A stretch of DNA of 61,731 bases, counting the filler, from Candidatus Babelota bacterium (GTDB lineage: Bacteria; JAGOBX01): assembly GCA_017999075.1 (NCBI GenBank). It is 9 parts of 9 records of this genome, joined end to end, with 100 filler letters (N's around TTAATTAATTAA, not from the genome) between each part and the next. Parts side by side here need not be neighbours in the genome. Positions count along the whole stretch, not along the records: positions 47,377 to 52,101 come from JAGOBX010000327.1; positions 52,202 to 56,920 come from JAGOBX010000328.1; positions 57,021 to 61,731 come from JAGOBX010000329.1; 6 more parts are not named here. One strand, written 5' to 3'. The notes beneath the pieces were generated by a model. That model did no database searches. It saw only the letters and a list, made by a program, of their open reading frames with translations, and had not been told where the DNA came from. Shown piece by piece: positions 51,974 to 61,525 of this stretch. Numbering within the stretch: position 1 is the stretch's first letter; each line of letters starts with the position of its first letter. The position numbers were made by a program, and so were the translations under genes.

Positions 51974-52101
51974 CCCAAAGCCGAACCAGTCGGAAAAATT
52001 TTTAATGTTATACTAAGATGCTAATCTTCAAAAAAACATTTAATTCTTTTGGTATAAAGTATATATATTTATTCAAAAAAATTCAATTAAAATAATAAAT
52101 T

Positions 52102-52201
52102 NNNNNNNNNNNNNNNNNNNNNNNNNNNNNNNNNNNNNNNNNNNNTTAATTAATTAANNNNNNNNNNNNNNNNNNNNNNNNNNNNNNNNNNNNNNNNNNN
52201 N
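52102..52201. other. Artificial contig linker
   Basis: 100-bp N-TTAATTAATTAA-N. Confidence 0.98.
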
Positions 52202-52320
52202 AAAAAATTAAAAAAATAATATCTAAAAAATTCGGAATAAAAAATTTGACATTAAAATATGAAGTCAATGGTTGTTCCGGAGGAAATATAATAAATAATA
52301 AACATAGTTGTAAAAAATAG
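52202..52320 (+). CDS. Possible C-terminal tail of a cation diffusion facilitator (CzcD-like)
   Basis: KIKKIISKKFGIKNLTLKYEVNGC...* resembles the CDF ending KFGIxHxTxQxE; only 38 codons visible. Confidence 0.4.
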
Positions 52321-52342
52321 AAAATTCAGGAGGTATTCAGCA

Positions 52343-52507
52343 ATGTCAGAAAAAAATCAGGAAAAAAAATCAAAAGAAAAAAAAAGTTTTTTTTCGAAAA
52401 TAATTGATAAATTCGATAAAAAACTTGAAGAAAAGTCCAAACAGCAATCCTGCTGCTGCTGCAGTAAAGACAACGATGATAAAAATAATAAAAAATCATG
52501 TTGCTGA
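52343..52507 (+). CDS. 54-aa Lys/Cys-rich small protein, putative metal-binding
   Basis: Not in ORF track. AGGAGG RBS; MSEKNQEKKSKEKKSFFSKIIDKFDKKLEEKSKQQSCCCCSKDNDDKNNKKSCC*. Confidence 0.75.
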   Translation: MSEKNQEKKSKEKKSFFSKIIDKFDKKLEEKSKQQSCCCCSKDNDDKNNKKSCC

Positions 52508-52834
52508 AGTTTAGTAACTGGATTGAATCTTGAAAAATACATAAATGAAGATTTATTTAATGGACAAACCGATAATTATAGAAATGAAATTATATATTCT
52601 AACTTGAAAAGTAAATTAAAATACGGATATAAAGAGGCAATGTCTATAACAAAAAAAATTTGGATTTGGATTGTTATAGATAGGCGTAGCCATAGGTTCG
52701 TTTATTCATAATTATGTACCTCAGGAAATTATTCAAAATATATTGAATAAAACAGGATATTTATTTAATTTAAAAGAAATTCTGTTGTTTTCAACAGCCA
52801 AGGGAAGGGGTACAGGCAAATTTATACTTATTGT

Positions 52835-53602
52835 TCAATTAAATGTTTCAATAAGATACTTCCAATATCGGCGTGGCATAAATTGTCTTTGAAGCCTGGA
52901 GTTTTTGCGTTGGGGAATTGCAATACTTTTGAAATATGCCTGCCACAATTTTTGATACTTTTTTTCATCAACTGCCAATTTTTCAGAATCTTCTTCTTCG
53001 CAGCAGCAGCATTTTATTCCTAGTTCGTTTATAATAACGCTTTCCCAAAAAACAGTATCATAATATACTGCCAAATTACGGGCAACATCATGTATAATAA
53101 ATTTTTGATCAGCCATTCGATTTATAAAATGATTAACCAGAAAATAAATTATATTATGATCAGGTTCAAACTGCGCGTAGAAAAACGAATCATTTGTTTT
53201 GACAAACCGCATCATCCCTTTCATTCGATGAATTTCCTTTACAACGCGCAGACTTAATTCATTTAAAGATTTAACAACAGGATTCGCTAAAAAATTACGG
53301 ATACTTTTATGATGGTTAAAATAAAGTTTAATGTACGCAAAGATGATATTTTCAGCATTATCAGCTTCTGAAACAAATGCATACATACAATCTTTAAACG
53401 AACGAGTATCAAGGATCGTATATATTTTTTTAAATAAGGATTCAGCCAACTGTTTATTAGTTTCAACAGTTTCGGTTTCAGCAAATAATTCCGGAATAAA
53501 ATTATTTGATGATTTTATTATTATTTCTTCTGAAACATCAAAAGCTTTAGAAAACGCAGTCAGCATTCCTTCAAATGTTCCATCATATAAATAAAATTTC
53601 AT
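52835..53602 (-). CDS. TIGR03915/DUF4130 putative DNA repair protein
   Basis: YDGTFEG, EIHRMKGMMRF, EPDHNI, IIHD..R, LWQAYF.SI.I..R.N..LQRQFMP.RYWKYL.E. Confidence 0.92.
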   Translation of the reverse strand: MKFYLYDGTFEGMLTAFSKAFDVSEEIIIKSSNNFIPELFAETETVETNKQLAESLFKKIYTILDTRSFKDCMYAFVSEADNAENIIFAYIKLYFNHHKSIRNFLANPVVKSLNELSLRVVKEIHRMKGMMRFVKTNDSFFYAQFEPDHNIIYFLVNHFINRMADQKFIIHDVARNLAVYYDTVFWESVIINELGIKCCCCEEEDSEKLAVDEKKYQKLWQAYFKSIAIPQRKNSRLQRQFMPRRYWKYLIETFN

Positions 53603-53658
53603 ATTTTACTCAAGCCATGTATAAGTTAAAAACGAAAATATTTTTTTGATAAATTAAA

Positions 53659-54936
53659 TTAAAACGGCAGCATATCCATATAATCTTCAGGTTTAGGTCT
53701 GCCTGTTTTAGTTTTTGTTATTTCGCTATTTGAAATTTCCAATAAATGTTTTTTTAATTTATTTTCCGGTATATTTGAATGATCATAATACTTTCCCATA
53801 CAGGTTATAAAATACCGGGCGCGTTTGAGAACAACGCCCAATTTTTTTAAATCTTCAAACCGCAGTTTTGAATAACGCCGCGAACCTACAATTCTTTTAG
53901 CTGATAGAACGCCAATTCCGGGAATCCTTAATATTTTTTCATAATCCGCAGTATTGATTTCAAGCGGAAAAAATTCAGGATGCCTCAGAGCCCATCCGAG
54001 TTTCGGGTCAAATTCCTGTTCCAGAAACGGCTGGGTTTCATCGAGTATTTCATCAGCTGAAAACTGATAAAACCGCATAAGCCAGTCGCACTGATATAAT
54101 CTATTTTCACGTAATAACGGCGGCGTATTCAAAGCCGGCAGTCGAGAATCTTCAGACACCGGCACAAAAGCGGAATAATAAACGCGTTTCAAATGATATT
54201 TTTTGTAAAGATAATCGGATAATTTAATAATATGCAGATCTGTTTCAGGAGTCGCTCCAATAATCATTTGGGTGCTTTGACCGGCCGGCGTAAAAAGCGG
54301 CGCATCTGCTTTTTTTATAATCCTTCTTTCATCAGAAATTGCGCTGATTCCGTTGTCAATAAGCTGCATACACCCAAGAATATCATTTTTTTTCTTTTCA
54401 GGTGCAAGCGACGTTAAACTTTTTTCAGAAGGTAATTCTATATTCGCGCTGAATCTGTCTGCATATCTGCCTGCTTCAAGCAGTAATTCTGCGCTTGCTC
54501 CAGGTATTGCTTTCAAATGAATATATCCGTTATATTTATATTCATTTCTTAATTTTTTTACTGCGCGTATCAATTGTTCCATTGTGTAATCCGGACTTTT
54601 CAATACTCCTGAACTGAGAAAAAGTCCTTCAATATAATTACGCCGGTAAAAATTCATTGTTATTTCAGCGATTTCGTCAGGAGTAAATGCGGCACGCGGC
54701 ACATCATTTGAACGGCGGTTTACACAATACGCGCAATCATAAATGCAATAATTTGTAAACAGGATTTTTAATAAAGAAATACAGCGTCCATCGTCTGCCC
54801 AGCTATGACAAATTCCGGCATGACATGCATTGCCAATTCCAGCATTTGAATTGATTCTTTTACTGCCGCTTGACGAACAGGAAACATCATACTTTGCAGC
54901 GTCAGCAAGAATTTCAATTTTTTTCAGAGTATCCAT
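53659..54936 (-). CDS. TIGR03916 putative DNA modification/repair radical SAM protein
   Basis: AKYDVSCSSSG, GICHS, CIYDCAYC, APLFTPAGQSTQMIIGA, HhH ILRIPGIG. Confidence 0.95.
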   Translation of the reverse strand: MDTLKKIEILADAAKYDVSCSSSGSKRINSNAGIGNACHAGICHSWADDGRCISLLKILFTNYCIYDCAYCVNRRSNDVPRAAFTPDEIAEITMNFYRRNYIEGLFLSSGVLKSPDYTMEQLIRAVKKLRNEYKYNGYIHLKAIPGASAELLLEAGRYADRFSANIELPSEKSLTSLAPEKKKNDILGCMQLIDNGISAISDERRIIKKADAPLFTPAGQSTQMIIGATPETDLHIIKLSDYLYKKYHLKRVYYSAFVPVSEDSRLPALNTPPLLRENRLYQCDWLMRFYQFSADEILDETQPFLEQEFDPKLGWALRHPEFFPLEINTADYEKILRIPGIGVLSAKRIVGSRRYSKLRFEDLKKLGVVLKRARYFITCMGKYYDHSNIPENKLKKHLLEISNSEITKTKTGRPKPEDYMDMLPF

Positions 54937-55007
54937 TTATTTAATTTAATTTAATTCGTTTTTTAATATTTTATAAAGGTTTTGGTTGATTTCAATTTTT
55001 CAGTATA

Positions 55008-56912
55008 TTAGCGTAATTTTCCGGATAATATAAATTTTATTATTCCTTCTTTATCAACACCAAAATATTTATACAATCCAAACTGTTCAAGCGTTGAAAA
55101 CGAAAAACCTTCCACAGCTTTATGGAATATCCGTGGAATAATTATATGGGATTCATTATTCAGCAAATCGGATATACGATTATTTACTTCATCAAACAAT
55201 CCGCCTGAAAAATAATTTTCTTCAATAATAAAAATCGTATCATATTTAGTGCATAATTCTTTCACAAATTTTAAATCCAGATACCTCAAAGTAGAAACTG
55301 AATATACATCTGCGTTAACTAATTTTTTATTATGCAATATTTCAGCAGCCTGACTGCAAAACAATGTCAAATGAGGGCCGGAAGTCAATATGCATATATT
55401 TTTTTCGGGAAAATGATTATCAGTTTTATAAACTTGTATCCCCCATCCGAACTTAAATTTTATTTTACTTTTAAAAAATGACGATTCTGTTACAGGGGTT
55501 CTGTGAAGTTTAAAATATATTGATTTATTAGTGTTAAGTTTTAAATACCAGTTTATAATCTGTTTCACTTCTTCATTGAATGACGGATGAAATACATACA
55601 TATCAGGTAAGCCCCGCATCATACATACATCCCCTGCGCACTGATGGGTTTTTCCGTCAGTGGCATAACATAATCCTGAGTAATGACCTGCATAAATTAT
55701 TTTTTTCCCTTCAGAACAATTAACATATATCTGTTCATATCCTCGTCTATAAAAACTTGCATAAGTATTCACCACAGGTATTTTTCCTTTTAACGCAAGA
55801 CCTCCGGCAACAGAAATCATATCCTGTTCTGCAATGCCCATTTCTATAAACCTTGCCGGAAATCTCAGAGCAAATTCAGTCAATTTACAAGATTTTTCAA
55901 GGTCGGCGTCAAGACAGTATAAATTACTGTTTTGTTCAGCTTTTTCAACAATATATTTAGAAAACGAAAATCCGGTCGATAATTCTTTTTTTTTCTCAGG
56001 AAAACCGCAATCCGATTTTTCTGATTTTTTATTTTCATATTCACTAATAAATTTTAATAATTCGGACTTGATTTTTTTTTGATAAACCGAACCGCTTAAT
56101 TCTTGAAGTCCGGCAATATATTCTAATTCGTTTGGAATAGAAGAATGCCATGAATACTGACGCCTGGAAGAATCTGACGATTGCATAAAACTTATTCCTG
56201 AACCTTTAGAAGTGTTGGCTATTATTATTGAAGGTTTTTCTGTTTTTTTCAATTTCCAAAATATTTTATTGGTCTGTTCTATATTATTGCCGTTAACGTT
56301 ATATACATCAAATCCGAATCCGCATAATACATAATATAAATTTTTGATTGATTTTATATCTCTTACATTACTGTCGGATTGGATATTATTTTTATCAATT
56401 ATAGGAATAACATTATGCAAATTATAATTAACTATAGTCATAAATGCTTCGTAATTTTGACCTTCCTGAAGTTCTCCGTCTCCAAGAATTACAAAAATAT
56501 TATTTTTTGATTTCATTGCCAATCCGCAGGCTTTTGACAATGTCTGACCAAGAGAACCGCTATTAATCTCAATACCTGGAGTTTTAATATCAGTATGCGC
56601 CTGAAGTCCGTCATACTGCTTATATTTCAATAAGTCTTCTGTATTAAAAAATCCTCTGCCTGCCAAAGCTGAATATTGCATAACCGCAGCATGTCCTTTA
56701 CTTAATAAAATATAATCACGTTTTGGGGAATTTATTGTTTTTATATCCGCACAATCAAAATAAAGATTAGTTATAATTTCAGCTACAGATAATGAAGCGC
56801 CAAGCCAGCCATGACCTGCATTATAAATAGACGTTAACGTATTAATCCTGTTAAGCGCATAGTTCAGACAATAATGAATATTTTTCTTTTTCACGATTTT
56901 CATGTTTCGCAT
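55008..56912 (-). CDS. Transketolase-family ThDP enzyme, fused single chain
   Basis: LSKGHAA, GSLGQ, GDGELQEG, DADL, EMGIAEQ, DGKTHQ. Confidence 0.88.
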   Translation of the reverse strand: MRNMKIVKKKNIHYCLNYALNRINTLTSIYNAGHGWLGASLSVAEIITNLYFDCADIKTINSPKRDYILLSKGHAAVMQYSALAGRGFFNTEDLLKYKQYDGLQAHTDIKTPGIEINSGSLGQTLSKACGLAMKSKNNIFVILGDGELQEGQNYEAFMTIVNYNLHNVIPIIDKNNIQSDSNVRDIKSIKNLYYVLCGFGFDVYNVNGNNIEQTNKIFWKLKKTEKPSIIIANTSKGSGISFMQSSDSSRRQYSWHSSIPNELEYIAGLQELSGSVYQKKIKSELLKFISEYENKKSEKSDCGFPEKKKELSTGFSFSKYIVEKAEQNSNLYCLDADLEKSCKLTEFALRFPARFIEMGIAEQDMISVAGGLALKGKIPVVNTYASFYRRGYEQIYVNCSEGKKIIYAGHYSGLCYATDGKTHQCAGDVCMMRGLPDMYVFHPSFNEEVKQIINWYLKLNTNKSIYFKLHRTPVTESSFFKSKIKFKFGWGIQVYKTDNHFPEKNICILTSGPHLTLFCSQAAEILHNKKLVNADVYSVSTLRYLDLKFVKELCTKYDTIFIIEENYFSGGLFDEVNNRISDLLNNESHIIIPRIFHKAVEGFSFSTLEQFGLYKYFGVDKEGIIKFILSGKLR

Positions 56913-56920
56913 AGTTTAGT

Positions 56921-57020
56921 NNNNNNNNNNNNNNNNNNNNNNNNNNNNNNNNNNNNNNNNNNNNTTAATTAATTAANNNNNNNNNNNNNNNNNNNNNNNN
57001 NNNNNNNNNNNNNNNNNNNN
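56921..57020. other. Artificial contig linker
   Basis: 100-bp N-TTAATTAATTAA-N. Confidence 0.98.
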
Positions 57021-57578
57021 ATGTATTGAAATAAGCATTGTTGATAAAAAACCGAATGAAATAATTTATTTATCCGAAAAAGATAAAAATGAAGTTAATA
57101 TCGCTGATAATGCACTGAAAAAAATCAAAACGTCCATATTGGTATGAAAATGGGAAAGAGCAATAATAGCGCTTTTAATAATTTTTTTACCTGCAACAAA
57201 TATTGAGAATAATCCGAAAATTATTTCCCAAACAGTCATATACGGAATATGAAAACCGGTGTAATGCAATATCATTAGAAAAATAAGAGGGATTGCGGGA
57301 ATTAAAGATAATATCAGATATTTTTTTGAATCGGTAAAATTTATTAACGTTGCGTCTTCTGAATTTATATTTTCTGAAAAACCATATCCTGTTTCAAGAA
57401 CAGCTTGTTTTATAATATCTAAAGTGATATCAGGTTCTGCTGTTATAAACCCTTTTTCAGTAGCAATGTTTATCGAAACGTATTTTATTCCTGGAATTGA
57501 TTTTAATTTTTTTTCAACTCTGCCCACACAGGATACGCAAGACATGCCAGTTACAGTGAATACCAAATTGTTTTCCAT
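57021..57578 (-). CDS. Heavy-metal P1B-type ATPase (CopA-like), N-terminal part, with in-frame TAA at 57066-57068
   Basis: GMSCVSC HMA domain, TM helices, TNMDVLI; frame continues IISFGFLSTMLISIH to the contig edge. Confidence 0.8.
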
Positions 57579-57581
57579 TTA

Positions 57582-58346
57582 TTATGCTTTTTGCCACATT
57601 TCTTGAAGTTTTTTCTTTGACAACAAAACATAATCTTTATCTTTGGAAAAAACTTCAAGTGTAATGGTTTTGTTGTAAAACTTTTTCAGATATTTTATCA
57701 AATCAATCATATTTATATTTCCTGTTCCTAATGGCAAATGCAGATCCATCATTCCGTTATTATCATGAAGATGAATATGCTCGAGCTTATTCTTAAAAAA
57801 TTTTATGTAATCCAATGGTATTCTTCCGCAAAGGTTCAAATGTCCGATATCTGCGTGAAATTTTAATAAAGGAATTTTGTCCAGTATTTTTTTTATATTA
57901 TCTTTGTTATCGTTTCCTGTTGTTACAGATTCGTACATTAAAATTATTTTATTGTTTTTAGCGTAATCAGAAATTTGATTTAAAGTGTCAATCTGAAATT
58001 TAACGCTTTCTTCAGGTTTAAACATTCCATTTGCCCAATCAGCGTGTACAGTCATTTTGGGACATTTTATTTCGGCAAAAAAATCCAGGTATTCCTTTGC
58101 AATATCAATTGCAGCATTCCTTAGTTTTTTTAATGGCGAACCAATCGGCAAATAATATGCAGTATGACCGATACATCCAAGATTGTAATCTGTTATAATT
58201 TTTTTTACTTCAGAAGCATTTATAAGATGAGGTTCTGCTTTGTCTGGTTCTAAAAATAAATCTATAAAATCAAATTTATTTTCGCCCACCCACCTTATTT
58301 CTTTGTAAATATTTTTCCTGGGGTGATTAACATATCCTATCTGCAT
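57582..58346 (-). CDS. Sugar-phosphate isomerase/epimerase family TIM-barrel protein
   Basis: GH, MYE, HADIGH, HIHLHDN, DLHLPLGTG, TLEVF. Confidence 0.85.
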   Translation of the reverse strand: MQIGYVNHPRKNIYKEIRWVGENKFDFIDLFLEPDKAEPHLINASEVKKIITDYNLGCIGHTAYYLPIGSPLKKLRNAAIDIAKEYLDFFAEIKCPKMTVHADWANGMFKPEESVKFQIDTLNQISDYAKNNKIILMYESVTTGNDNKDNIKKILDKIPLLKFHADIGHLNLCGRIPLDYIKFFKNKLEHIHLHDNNGMMDLHLPLGTGNINMIDLIKYLKKFYNKTITLEVFSKDKDYVLLSKKKLQEMWQKA

Positions 58347-58413
58347 AATTACACCTTGATTATATTATATTAACTATAATTTTTTGTTTTAATAATTTTT
58401 TGATTTAAAAATA

Positions 58414-59049
58414 TTATTTGCCTTCGCCGATAAAATAATCTTCTTTATTTTTGAAAAGCACATTAAAAGTAGTTAATGAACCATAACATTTGGTTATGTA
58501 TTGCTGTAAATCTACTTTTTCTGCATCCGATAAAACAGAGTGGCTGTTTATATGCTGTTCAAGAACCCTTAATCTGTCCCGTACTAAAACAATTTTATGA
58601 AAAAAAGTTTCAATAGGGATTTCTTTAGGTTTTAAATTCTGGTCTGCGGGTTGAAATAATAATTTTCCGTTATTCCATTTTGTTCCTATTTCCACATTGC
58701 CGAAAGCTAATTCATCATTCAGCACAGAAATAAATATTTCTTTGATTTTTTCGTAATCAATAATGTTTTCCATAATGTTTTTTTCATCCTTTTCAATTGT
58801 CTTTTTTAAAGATTCATAATCTGTTACAGAATCGTTTTCTTTTATTTGCAGTGAATCCGAATAATTAGATATATTGGGGTGTAGGGTTTTATTTTCCGCA
58901 TTATCAAGATTTACTTTTATACTGCGTTTATTCAAAACTTTGATATCTTCGTGATTATTGAATTTTACCGCGTATTTATCTTCATTATAACAATAGGTTA
59001 TAACGCCTTCGCCAAATTCCTGATGAATTATTTTATCTCCTATGTCCAT
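58414..59049 (-). CDS. Hypothetical protein with N-terminal Tudor/SH3-like module and helical C-terminal domain
   Basis: IGDKIIHQEFGEGVI; C-terminal FFHKIVLVRDRLRVLEQ..N...QQYITKCYGSLTTFNVLF. Confidence 0.65.
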   Translation of the reverse strand: MDIGDKIIHQEFGEGVITYCYNEDKYAVKFNNHEDIKVLNKRSIKVNLDNAENKTLHPNISNYSDSLQIKENDSVTDYESLKKTIEKDEKNIMENIIDYEKIKEIFISVLNDELAFGNVEIGTKWNNGKLLFQPADQNLKPKEIPIETFFHKIVLVRDRLRVLEQHINSHSVLSDAEKVDLQQYITKCYGSLTTFNVLFKNKEDYFIGEGK

Positions 59050-59088
59050 ATTTTCAACCTGCCGGTATCCTTTAAGCGAATGTTTTTA

Positions 59089-60297
59089 TTACTCGTATCT
59101 CAGCGCTTCTATCGGTTTTAAATTTGCCGCTTTATTTGCAGGATAAATTCCGAAAAATAATCCTACTGCTATAGAAAAACAAAATGAAATTAAAATCGAA
59201 CTGACTGTAACAACAGTAGTAAACCCTGCTGCGTTTGAAGCTATATAAGATAATAAATACCCTGTTAAAATTCCGAGTATTCCTCCTGTAAAGCTTACCA
59301 TTACAGATTCAAATAAAAATTGTGTTAATATGTCTTTTTTTTTTGCGCCGATAGCTTTCCTTATTCCTATTTCCCGCGTTCGTTCAGTAACTGAAACGAG
59401 CATTATATTCATAATTCCTATTCCGCCCACAAGAAGAGATACTGCAGCTACTCCAGCCAATAAGTAAGTTAATGTTTTTGTGACTGTATTAACTTGAGAT
59501 ATTATTTCAGCTTGATTTCTTATGTTAAAATCTGACTCCTGTCCATATTGAATTTTATGCCTGGCTCTTATCAGTTCTTCGATTTGGTCTTGAACTTCAG
59601 ACATATATTTTTCGTCAGAAACCTGAACAACTATTGTTTGCAGAAAATCATTTCCTGTTAATCTTTTTTGAAATGTCGATAATGGAGTAAAAATCAAATC
59701 ATCGTTGTCCCTAAAACCTGATTGCCCTTTTTCTTTTAAAACTCCTATTATATCAAACGATACTCCTTTTATTTTAATTGTCATGCCTATGGGATTAAGT
59801 TCGCCGAATAATTCTGTTTGAACCGTTTTTCCGATTATACAAACCCTTTTTACTGTACGGACATCAGTTTCATTGATAAATCTTCCTGTTTCAAGTTTAT
59901 AATTTCTGATATCGGAATAAACTTCAGTGACGCCTATAATAGTCGTGTTAGTATTTTTATTGTAATATTTAACTTGCATATTTTTGGAATTTTCCGGAGC
60001 AACCCCGACAACATACTTGACATTGTTTTTTATTGAATCCCCATCTTCTAAATTGAGATTCTGGACATTTCCGCTTTGTACTGCTCCGCGTCTGTGCATG
60101 CCTGGACTTACAAATAAAAGATTTGATCCAAGTTCTTTTATGGAATTGGTAACGCTTTGCTTTGCGCCTTCACCTAAAGAAATCATTGTTATAATAGCGT
60201 CAATTTTTATTATTATATTAAGCATAGTTAATAAACTTCGCAGCTTATGAGTTAAAATTCCGTTAATAGCTGTTTTAATTAATTCCCAAAAAAGCAT
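59089..60297 (-). CDS. MacB/YknZ-type ABC permease
   Basis: KLRSLLTML, periplasmic core, GGIGIMNIMLVSVTERTREIGIRKAIGA, PIEALRYE. Confidence 0.95.
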   Translation of the reverse strand: MLFWELIKTAINGILTHKLRSLLTMLNIIIKIDAIITMISLGEGAKQSVTNSIKELGSNLLFVSPGMHRRGAVQSGNVQNLNLEDGDSIKNNVKYVVGVAPENSKNMQVKYYNKNTNTTIIGVTEVYSDIRNYKLETGRFINETDVRTVKRVCIIGKTVQTELFGELNPIGMTIKIKGVSFDIIGVLKEKGQSGFRDNDDLIFTPLSTFQKRLTGNDFLQTIVVQVSDEKYMSEVQDQIEELIRARHKIQYGQESDFNIRNQAEIISQVNTVTKTLTYLLAGVAAVSLLVGGIGIMNIMLVSVTERTREIGIRKAIGAKKKDILTQFLFESVMVSFTGGILGILTGYLLSYIASNAAGFTTVVTVSSILISFCFSIAVGLFFGIYPANKAANLKPIEALRYE

Positions 60298-60399
60298 ATT
60301 TGTTCTCCATCAGCAATTAAAAATCATATAATTAGATAGATTTTAAAATAAAGAGTTCCATATAATTAAATATGATAAGGAATAATTAAATTAAATTAT

Positions 60400-60828
60400 T
60401 TATTCATTAAATATGTTTTGATCAGAAATATATGTAAGAGTGAATAAAGCATTATTATCTTTTAAAACTACAGATAAAGTATAATTTGAACCGTTTCCTG
60501 ACACATATTTGTAAGCATATAAACCATTATCTTCATAAGGGCCTTTAGGCAGAACAGACATATATGTTGGTACAATAGTGCTTAAAGAAGTGGTAATATT
60601 TGATTCTGAAGAGTAAATCGGATATTTGTTTTGAGGATTTTCAACCAAATACATATTAATTGATTTATTAAGATTTGCAATATCGCTTTTAGCATTGGCA
60701 ATTTTAGCTTTATTGATTGCGGTTAACAATTTTGGAATTGCTACAACTGCCAAAATTCCTATAATAACCACTACCACTAATAATTCAATTAATGTAAATC
60801 CTGATTTTAAAGTGTTGTTATTTTTCAT
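60400..60828 (-). CDS. Type IV pilin / GspG-like pseudopilin
   Basis: Class III signal peptide G|FTLIELLVVVVIIGILAVVAIP. Confidence 0.88.
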   Translation of the reverse strand: MKNNNTLKSGFTLIELLVVVVIIGILAVVAIPKLLTAINKAKIANAKSDIANLNKSINMYLVENPQNKYPIYSSESNITTSLSTIVPTYMSVLPKGPYEDNGLYAYKYVSGNGSNYTLSVVLKDNNALFTLTYISDQNIFNE

Positions 60829-60905
60829 GATAAAAAAAATAAGGCCTAATTCATCATTAGACCTTATTTGTGTAAAAATAAAAAAACTAAATTACTTCTA
60901 AAAAA

Positions 60906-61367
60906 TTAGAAACCGAACGGGTTTCCTGTTCCATAGAATAAAATAGCGTTAACATCTGAACAATACTGTAAAGTATAAATAACAGGTTTAGCCATAATAA
61001 CTTTCAATGTGTACATTGAACCTACTGCATTTGAAACATACTGATAATTTCTTGCTGCAGTTTTGTTTGTAGGATCTTCACAGAAAGGACCTGCAGGCAT
61101 TGAACCCATATAAGTTGGATATAAACTTGTTTTTATACTTGCTTCGATATACGCTTCTGTAGTTTGAATCGGGAAAATGTATGAAGGATGTTCTGCCTGA
61201 TACATTTGTAAAGCTGAATTAAGAGAAGAAAAATCTGATTTACCAACAGCTGCTTTTGCTTTGTCGATAGCAGCTAAAAGTTTTGGTATAGCAACAACTG
61301 CCAAAATACCAATGATAACGATAACAACCAACAATTCAATAAGTGTAAAACCTTTTGTCTTTTTCAT
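60906..61367 (-). CDS. Type IV pilin / GspG-like pseudopilin
   Basis: MKKTKG|FTLIELLVVIVIIGILAVVAIP; GAGGAGG RBS. Confidence 0.9.
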   Translation of the reverse strand: MKKTKGFTLIELLVVIVIIGILAVVAIPKLLAAIDKAKAAVGKSDFSSLNSALQMYQAEHPSYIFPIQTTEAYIEASIKTSLYPTYMGSMPAGPFCEDPTNKTAARNYQYVSNAVGSMYTLKVIMAKPVIYTLQYCSDVNAILFYGTGNPFGF

Positions 61368-61459
61368 AAAGACCTCCTCAAAATAATTTTGTTATATTAT
61401 TAAGCAAAATATATGCTTAATAATTAAAAAAAAAGTATCATTTTTATTATCAATATAAT

Positions 61460-61500
61460 NNNNNNNNNNNNNNNNNNNNNNNNNNNNNNNNNNNNNNNNN
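61460..61500. other. Intra-scaffold gap (41 N, no linker core)
   Basis: Plain N run without TTAATTAATTAA. Confidence 0.9.
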
Positions 61501-61525
61501 AATGACGAAAAAATGACTTAAAAAG

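Noticed and set aside
396..60901. Short ORF-track entries overlapping long genes (e.g. 396-596, 7721-8059, 23538-23744, 35988-36305, 43797-44045, 59984-60250)
   Set aside because: Antisense or off-frame shadows of well-supported genes, with no recognisable motifs.
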